Below are positions 59,638 to 64,000 of a DNA stretch of 64,000 nt, piece by piece (positions within the stretch are counted from its first letter, which is position 1; every line of letters starts with the position of its first letter). The position numbers and the translations under genes are program-made. Below the pieces are notes generated by a model. It was not told the origin of the DNA, ran no database searches, and saw nothing but the letters and a program-made list of their open reading frames with translations. Source of the DNA: an uncultured bacterium (GTDB taxonomy: Bacteria > Arandabacterota > Arandabacteria > Arandabacterales > Arandabacteraceae); the NCBI GenBank assembly GCA_964598025.1, contig CAZRAU010000006.1:3600-67599 (forward strand). Direction: 5' to 3'.

Positions 59638-61532
59638 GGCACGGCTGTCTCCTCTACGTCACAACATTCGGAAAGAGGGGTCAGGGATTTACGCTTGTAT
59701 ACGCTACAGTTCCGGCAATTGGGCGGCAGTGGATCACCTGTCCTTCGATGTCTCTTGGCGATCTCCTCCCAACATGAGTGGCCCTTCTGGTTCTTGTAGG
59801 CGGGGCAGTCCTCCTTCTCGAATCCACAGGTAATGAGGCAATCGACCAGCTCCCAGCAAGTTGGAGTCCTGACGACGGGAAAACATATCCTGAATACCGT
59901 TCCGCGGTCCTTGACGCTATGGACCTCGATCCGGCCCCCGTGGTCCTCGATTATTCCAAGGCTGATGGAAAGCCCCAGGCCCGTGCCCTTGCCGACATCC
60001 TTGGTTGTGAAGAATGGGTTGAAGATGTCGCTGACGGTGGAGCTGTCCATCCCCGTACCGTTGTCGATGACCAGAATCTCGACGAAATCCGCCTTTTCGG
60101 CCTGTCTCGATATGATTGTTATGTTGCCGCTGCCCTTGGGGTCTATGGCGTCTTTGGCATTCGAGATGAGGTTGAGGAACACCTGCTCCAGCTGGTTGGC
60201 ATCGGCGAGCACCCTCGGCAGGTCGGAGGTCAGCTCACGTTTGACCTTGATGTTGTGGGACCTGAGCTGCTCACCCAGAAGCATCAGAGCGTCATCTATG
60301 GGCTGGTTAACGTCGGTCTCAGCATATTCAAACTTGGACTGGCGCGCGAACGTCCTGAGGTTGCTGACTATCTTGGTCATGCGCACGCATTGGTCCTCGA
60401 TCTTCTTGGCGTATCTCCATTCGGATGTCTCTTTTCCCATTTTAAGCAGAAGAAGGTCGGTATAGCCGCTTATGCCGGCCAGCGGCTGGTTGAGCTCGTG
60501 GGCGACTCCGGCTCCGAACTGCCCCATGGCCGCCATTTTGCTTGCCTGTATCAGCTGTGCCTGGGTTTCTCTCAGCGTTTTGTTGGCTTCTTCGAGGTCG
60601 ACAGTTCGCTCGCGGACTTTCTCCTCGAGCGTCCGGCTGTAATTCTCGACCTCCTCGTGATATCTTCTAAGATCCACGACCATGTGGTTGAATGACCTCG
60701 CCAGTTCCGCGACCTCATCTCTACCCTTTGCCTCTACCATATGGCTGAGATCCCCGGAGGCTATCTTCTCTGTCGCGCGTACCAATCGCTTTATGGGGAT
60801 AACAACGGCCCGGGACATGCCGTAGACGGCGATGACCGACGCACATCCGATACCCATCGCCAGAATGGCGACTATCACCTTGACCCTGGCCATCGTCTGC
60901 TCTATTCCAAGAAGCGACACTCCAACAACGGCTCTCCCGATCTCCTCCACCTTGGCGTCTTTCCTGCTGGAGTATGGGTTGGATATGTTCGCGACGTCGT
61001 CGTCGGGCAGCAATAGCTCTTCCCGGGATAGATCCTGCTTTATAGTCTCGACGGATGTCACGAAATGAACAAGGTCCTCGTTTGGGCCTCGGCCGGATGC
61101 GCTCCAATCGGAATCTACCACGAAGCCGGTCAAGTCGGGGGGGATCGTCACCTTCTGGTCAACCCGGGAGGATAGGCTGTGTCCCAGGATGGTGCCGTCC
61201 TTGTCAACGACCATTGCATAAACTATGTCTTCCTCCATGGCTACGCCGGAAGCCAGCTCGCTCAGCCCCCGCGTGTCCCGCGCCAACACTCCTAGCTTGC
61301 TGTTGTAGGCGAGGTTGGCCCCCAGGCTCCGGGCCCTCTTGAAGAGAGCCTCTTTGATGATGGTCCGTTCATGATGGATGAAGAACCAGGAGAAGCCCAG
61401 CACTGCCGCGACGATAACCGCGGTGACAAGGATCTGGAACTTGCCTTGGATCCCCAGACCGGATTTGGCCAGAAGGGAAAGGCAAAAAGACAGCCGGCTG
61501 TCGGTTGTTGTTTTGTCCGAGGTTTTAGCCAT
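59634..61532 (-). CDS. HAMP sensor histidine kinase with C-terminal Cys-rich (two-CW-like) domain
   Basis: 2 TM + periplasmic domain, HAMP (GRDEVAELARSFN), HELNQPL, NLISNAKDA, DNGTG, FFTTK, GTGLGL; tail CWE..C...CPAY...CWE...CRNC. Confidence 0.92.
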   Translation of the reverse strand: MAKTSDKTTTDSRLSFCLSLLAKSGLGIQGKFQILVTAVIVAAVLGFSWFFIHHERTIIKEALFKRARSLGANLAYNSKLGVLARDTRGLSELASGVAMEEDIVYAMVVDKDGTILGHSLSSRVDQKVTIPPDLTGFVVDSDWSASGRGPNEDLVHFVTSVETIKQDLSREELLLPDDDVANISNPYSSRKDAKVEEIGRAVVGVSLLGIEQTMARVKVIVAILAMGIGCASVIAVYGMSRAVVIPIKRLVRATEKIASGDLSHMVEAKGRDEVAELARSFNHMVVDLRRYHEEVENYSRTLEEKVRERTVDLEEANKTLRETQAQLIQASKMAAMGQFGAGVAHELNQPLAGISGYTDLLLLKMGKETSEWRYAKKIEDQCVRMTKIVSNLRTFARQSKFEYAETDVNQPIDDALMLLGEQLRSHNIKVKRELTSDLPRVLADANQLEQVFLNLISNAKDAIDPKGSGNITIISRQAEKADFVEILVIDNGTGMDSSTVSDIFNPFFTTKDVGKGTGLGLSISLGIIEDHGGRIEVHSVKDRGTVFRICFPVVRTPTCWELVDCLITCGFEKEDCPAYKNQKGHSCWEEIAKRHRRTGDPLPPNCRNCSVYKRKSLTPLSECCDVEETAVP

Positions 61533-61629
61533 GGTAAGCCAGCCCAAGGAGCATGGATTTCGCCAGAGCACACTCCTATTCCTATGTCTTGTATCGGCAG
61601 GCTGATTGGGCTTCTTGAGCCGCTGTGAC

Positions 61630-61690
61630 GGGGTTGTTGAAAAAGTCGACCATGTCAGGCTGGTCAAAAACACCCAGATGTGGGGGCCTG
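61630..61690. repeat. Fragment of the REP/MITE-like element (one terminal end)
   Basis: CAGGCTGGTCAAAAACACCCAGATG at 61656 matches the reverse-complemented right end of the 2157 element (first 15 nt identical); preceded by GGGTTGTTGAAAAAGTC. Confidence 0.6.
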
Positions 61691-61781
61691 TGAAGCCTCC
61701 CGGGGCGTGAAGAAAAAAGGCCACGCCTGCTCTTGAGGCCAAAAACAGGTGTGGCCCCTTTTCTGCGCGGGGGCGCTCCGG

Positions 61782-62285
61782 CTACAGGTAGAAGTAGAAC
61801 CTAACGCGTGTTGTGGTCAGCACATGGGTCGGATCGGTACCAAAACTGAAGTTCAGCTCGGCGCTCAAGCCGATTCTCTTCATGATTATGTATTCGACGC
61901 CACTTGCTGCTTCGACGGTACCGGATGTTTCAGCCTGGCCGTCACCGATCATGGAGAGTATGAAGCGGCCGCCGACATATGGCGTTATCTGGTTGGCCGG
62001 CGCGAAGTCGTATATGAAACCGGCACCGACGTCGAGTTGCGTTACATCGCAGTCGCCCTCGCCGTGTTCGCAATCCTTGGAGATGTGTTCCATCCCGAAA
62101 ATGACTTCGGCTCCGAGGTTTTGGGTCACACCGAGGCGGCCCAACCAATGATGGGGACCATCCAGTTCTCCGCCCACCCCGTACCACTTGATTTGCTCAT
62201 CGTCTTGGGCCGGGGCTGCCTGTGCCACGGCCAGTACCAATAAGAACATGATCACAGGGGTTCTGGCCGCCGATAATGACCTCAT
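61782..62285 (-). CDS. Small outer-membrane beta-barrel protein
   Basis: Signal peptide, alternating hydrophobic strands, PYVGG, ends RFYFYL. Confidence 0.8.
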   Translation of the reverse strand: MRSLSAARTPVIMFLLVLAVAQAAPAQDDEQIKWYGVGGELDGPHHWLGRLGVTQNLGAEVIFGMEHISKDCEHGEGDCDVTQLDVGAGFIYDFAPANQITPYVGGRFILSMIGDGQAETSGTVEAASGVEYIIMKRIGLSAELNFSFGTDPTHVLTTTRVRFYFYL

Positions 62286-62301
62286 CTATTCAACCTCCTC
62301 T

Positions 62302-63489
62302 TCAGGGGCCGGTTTTCACTTCTCTTCGCCAGGCCTCGATAGCGGACACCGATAGCGACAGACCATAGACTGTCTCGCTGAGATCGCTCGTGCCCTCGGC
62401 TTCCCGCCGACCGAATTCAAGTGCGAGTGAAACGGCCGCCCGATCCTTGGCTATTGGTATAGACGTGCCGACCGAGAAGATCCGTTCGACGATTTCTCCG
62501 GTCTCGGGACTCTGCCAGTCCAGAGGCTGTCTGTAGTAACCGGCACAAAGGGGGTATTTCTCGGCGTCCCAGGGGATGTGTCCCCTGTATTCTAACCCAG
62601 CAGACCAGCGGTAAACATCGTCGTCGGCAATCGGCCGGCCATCAAGCCGCATCCCGGACCATGGGCTGGTTTCGTAGTCCACCTCGACCGCGAAGTAACT
62701 GTGAGGTTTCACACGCAGCCCGAGCTTGTAGGATTCTCCTGATGTCAGACTCACGTCTTTGGAGTCCCAGACATCGGCATACCGGCTCTCCCTGTCCAGT
62801 GCCCCGTCTAGATCGATCTTGCTCCTGAACAAGGCGGCCACACGCACTATGTCAAGATCGAGCATAAAACCAGCTGCTAAGGCACGTCCGCTGGCCGAGA
62901 TGTCGGACGCATCCACAGCGTCGGTCCTGTTGTCGGAGGCGAAGTCCACCGTGTGTGTCTCCCTCGTATCAAAGGCGGAGAAAAGGATGCCCGCCGAAAC
63001 CAAGAGTCGCCTGTGGATACTTGACGATACGAAGAGAGGGACGGTGTGAATAGAGGTCTCCCGTCTGTACTCCAGGTCATAAGCCTCGTCACCATAGGCA
63101 CTATCGGTGAGAGCAAGCGTGAGCCTTCCTTCCTTCTCCAAATAGAGTCCCGTCATGAAGGCGACTCCCTTATAGGGTATGATCGCAGTCACTGACGGGA
63201 AGAGTGTGGTAAGAGTGCGTTTCTTTTCCCCGAGGTTATCGCTTCGTGTGTTCATATGAGCAAAGCCGACCGTTATGGTGACTCTATCGACCAGGGCCGA
63301 TGCAAAGGGACTCATGACGGCGCAGTCAAGGGGATCACGGCTTGCTGCGACCGCTCCCCCCATGGCCCGGCTGACCCCGGCTACGGGGATGACGTCTTTG
63401 CCTGTACCACGCACGTCGAATATGGAGTCACCATGTACGGTCGATACCAGAAGCAGGGTGACAATGGCGATCCGGATAAGCCACCTCAT
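62302..63489 (-). CDS. FadL/Toluene_X-like outer-membrane protein
   Basis: Signal peptide; SRAMGGA plug motif; about 14 amphipathic strands, WSAGLEY, FSVGTSIP, LALEFGRR; the ORF-track extension to 63810 overlaps the upstream gene. Confidence 0.75.
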   Translation of the reverse strand: MRWLIRIAIVTLLLVSTVHGDSIFDVRGTGKDVIPVAGVSRAMGGAVAASRDPLDCAVMSPFASALVDRVTITVGFAHMNTRSDNLGEKKRTLTTLFPSVTAIIPYKGVAFMTGLYLEKEGRLTLALTDSAYGDEAYDLEYRRETSIHTVPLFVSSSIHRRLLVSAGILFSAFDTRETHTVDFASDNRTDAVDASDISASGRALAAGFMLDLDIVRVAALFRSKIDLDGALDRESRYADVWDSKDVSLTSGESYKLGLRVKPHSYFAVEVDYETSPWSGMRLDGRPIADDDVYRWSAGLEYRGHIPWDAEKYPLCAGYYRQPLDWQSPETGEIVERIFSVGTSIPIAKDRAAVSLALEFGRREAEGTSDLSETVYGLSLSVSAIEAWRREVKTGP

Positions 63490-64000
63490 GGCTGGCGAAC
63501 CTCCGAATAGGGGAGTTCCGGCGGGATGACATAATCCACCACCAGCCTCGGTCTGAGCGCGGAGTCGGGCTGCGAGTGCGACCAGAATCTCATGAAATCC
63601 AGGTCGAAAGCCTCGTTGGATGCTTTTACGGCGAAACCCGAGTTCGCCTCCTCCCTTGCAACCAGGGGTTGCACCAAGGCCGTGATGTCCATCTCGAGAA
63701 TACCGCCGCATATGGTCATGGAATCGGCTTTGACGGTGATGGTCGTTATTCCGCTGGCCCCGATCGAGGTGTCGAAGCCCTCCCACGGTTCCTCCAAGAC
63801 TGCATGGCACGTAACGCCCATCGAGTCAAAGGAGGATGTCAAGGTGTCCATGGCAAGGCTCATTATAGACTTGGTGACAGTGCACCCTTCGGGTATACCG
63901 TCCAAATCGAACTTGACCAGGGCCCTTGAAGGAAAGCCGCTTCCGCAGAGAAGATGCCAGCTGTCATCGGGGAAAGGCGTCAGGAGCGTGTCCGCAAACA
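63486..64000 (-). CDS. 3' part of a secreted protein with DNRLRE/DUF4270-like beta-sandwich (runs off the window)
   Basis: Frame open to the window edge (…GFPSRALVKFDLDG…); FWSHSQPDSALRPRLVVDY. Confidence 0.65.
   Translation of the reverse strand, partial: FADTLLTPFPDDSWHLLCGSGFPSRALVKFDLDGIPEGCTVTKSIMSLAMDTLTSSFDSMGVTCHAVLEEPWEGFDTSIGASGITTITVKADSMTICGGILEMDITALVQPLVAREEANSGFAVKASNEAFDLDFMRFWSHSQPDSALRPRLVVDYVIPPELPYSEVRQP

Noticed and set aside
61551-61565. Minus-strand TGGCGAAATCCATGC as a sigma54 promoter for the kinase
   Set aside because: GG-N10-GC spacing only; lacks the CAC/CAT and TT consensus bases
61532-61742. 70-aa N-terminal extension of the histidine kinase ORF (also extensions at 4386, 16295, 34593, 47340, 51485, 63810)
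   Set aside because: Extensions run through promoters, repeats or neighbouring genes; downstream starts fit the domain boundaries and most have an RBS

Overview
A ~60% GC (by eye) chromosomal window from an anaerobe-like, peptide-utilising bacterium, inferred to belong to the FCB superphylum (Latescibacterota/Krumholzibacteriota/Eisenbacteria-like). The inference rests on secreted proteins ending in a TWGxIK motif, a FlgD-like C-terminal domain and a Fibrobacter-type LexA box. About 60 coding regions are supported. They include housekeeping genes (stand-alone EF-G paralogue, mscS, sppA, hflX, ilvE, nagZ, pcm, guaB), five peptidase-family genes, a sigma54-driven minor-pilin cassette, a lexA-dinB-helicase(DUF1998)-exonuclease repair cluster, an NSS transporter with a 40-aa small subunit missed by the ORF track, a two-component pair and an outer-membrane protein operon cut by the right edge. 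No rRNA, tRNA, CRISPR array, transposase or phage gene was found. Best candidates for undescribed biology: (1) a four-gene membrane-complex operon at 32.1-35.6 kb with two apparently paralogous anchored alpha/beta subunits and two polytopic subunits; (2) a TWGxIK C-terminal sorting-like signal whose genes share promoter type, an orphan extended Shine-Dalgarno leader motif and near-identical terminators; (3) a hydrolase/DUF364-like/BtrK-like decarboxylase mini-operon; (4) a palindromic SOS box over a probably leaderless lexA. Several ORF-track starts were shortened to starts with a ribosome-binding site. Family names come from motif recognition, not database searches.
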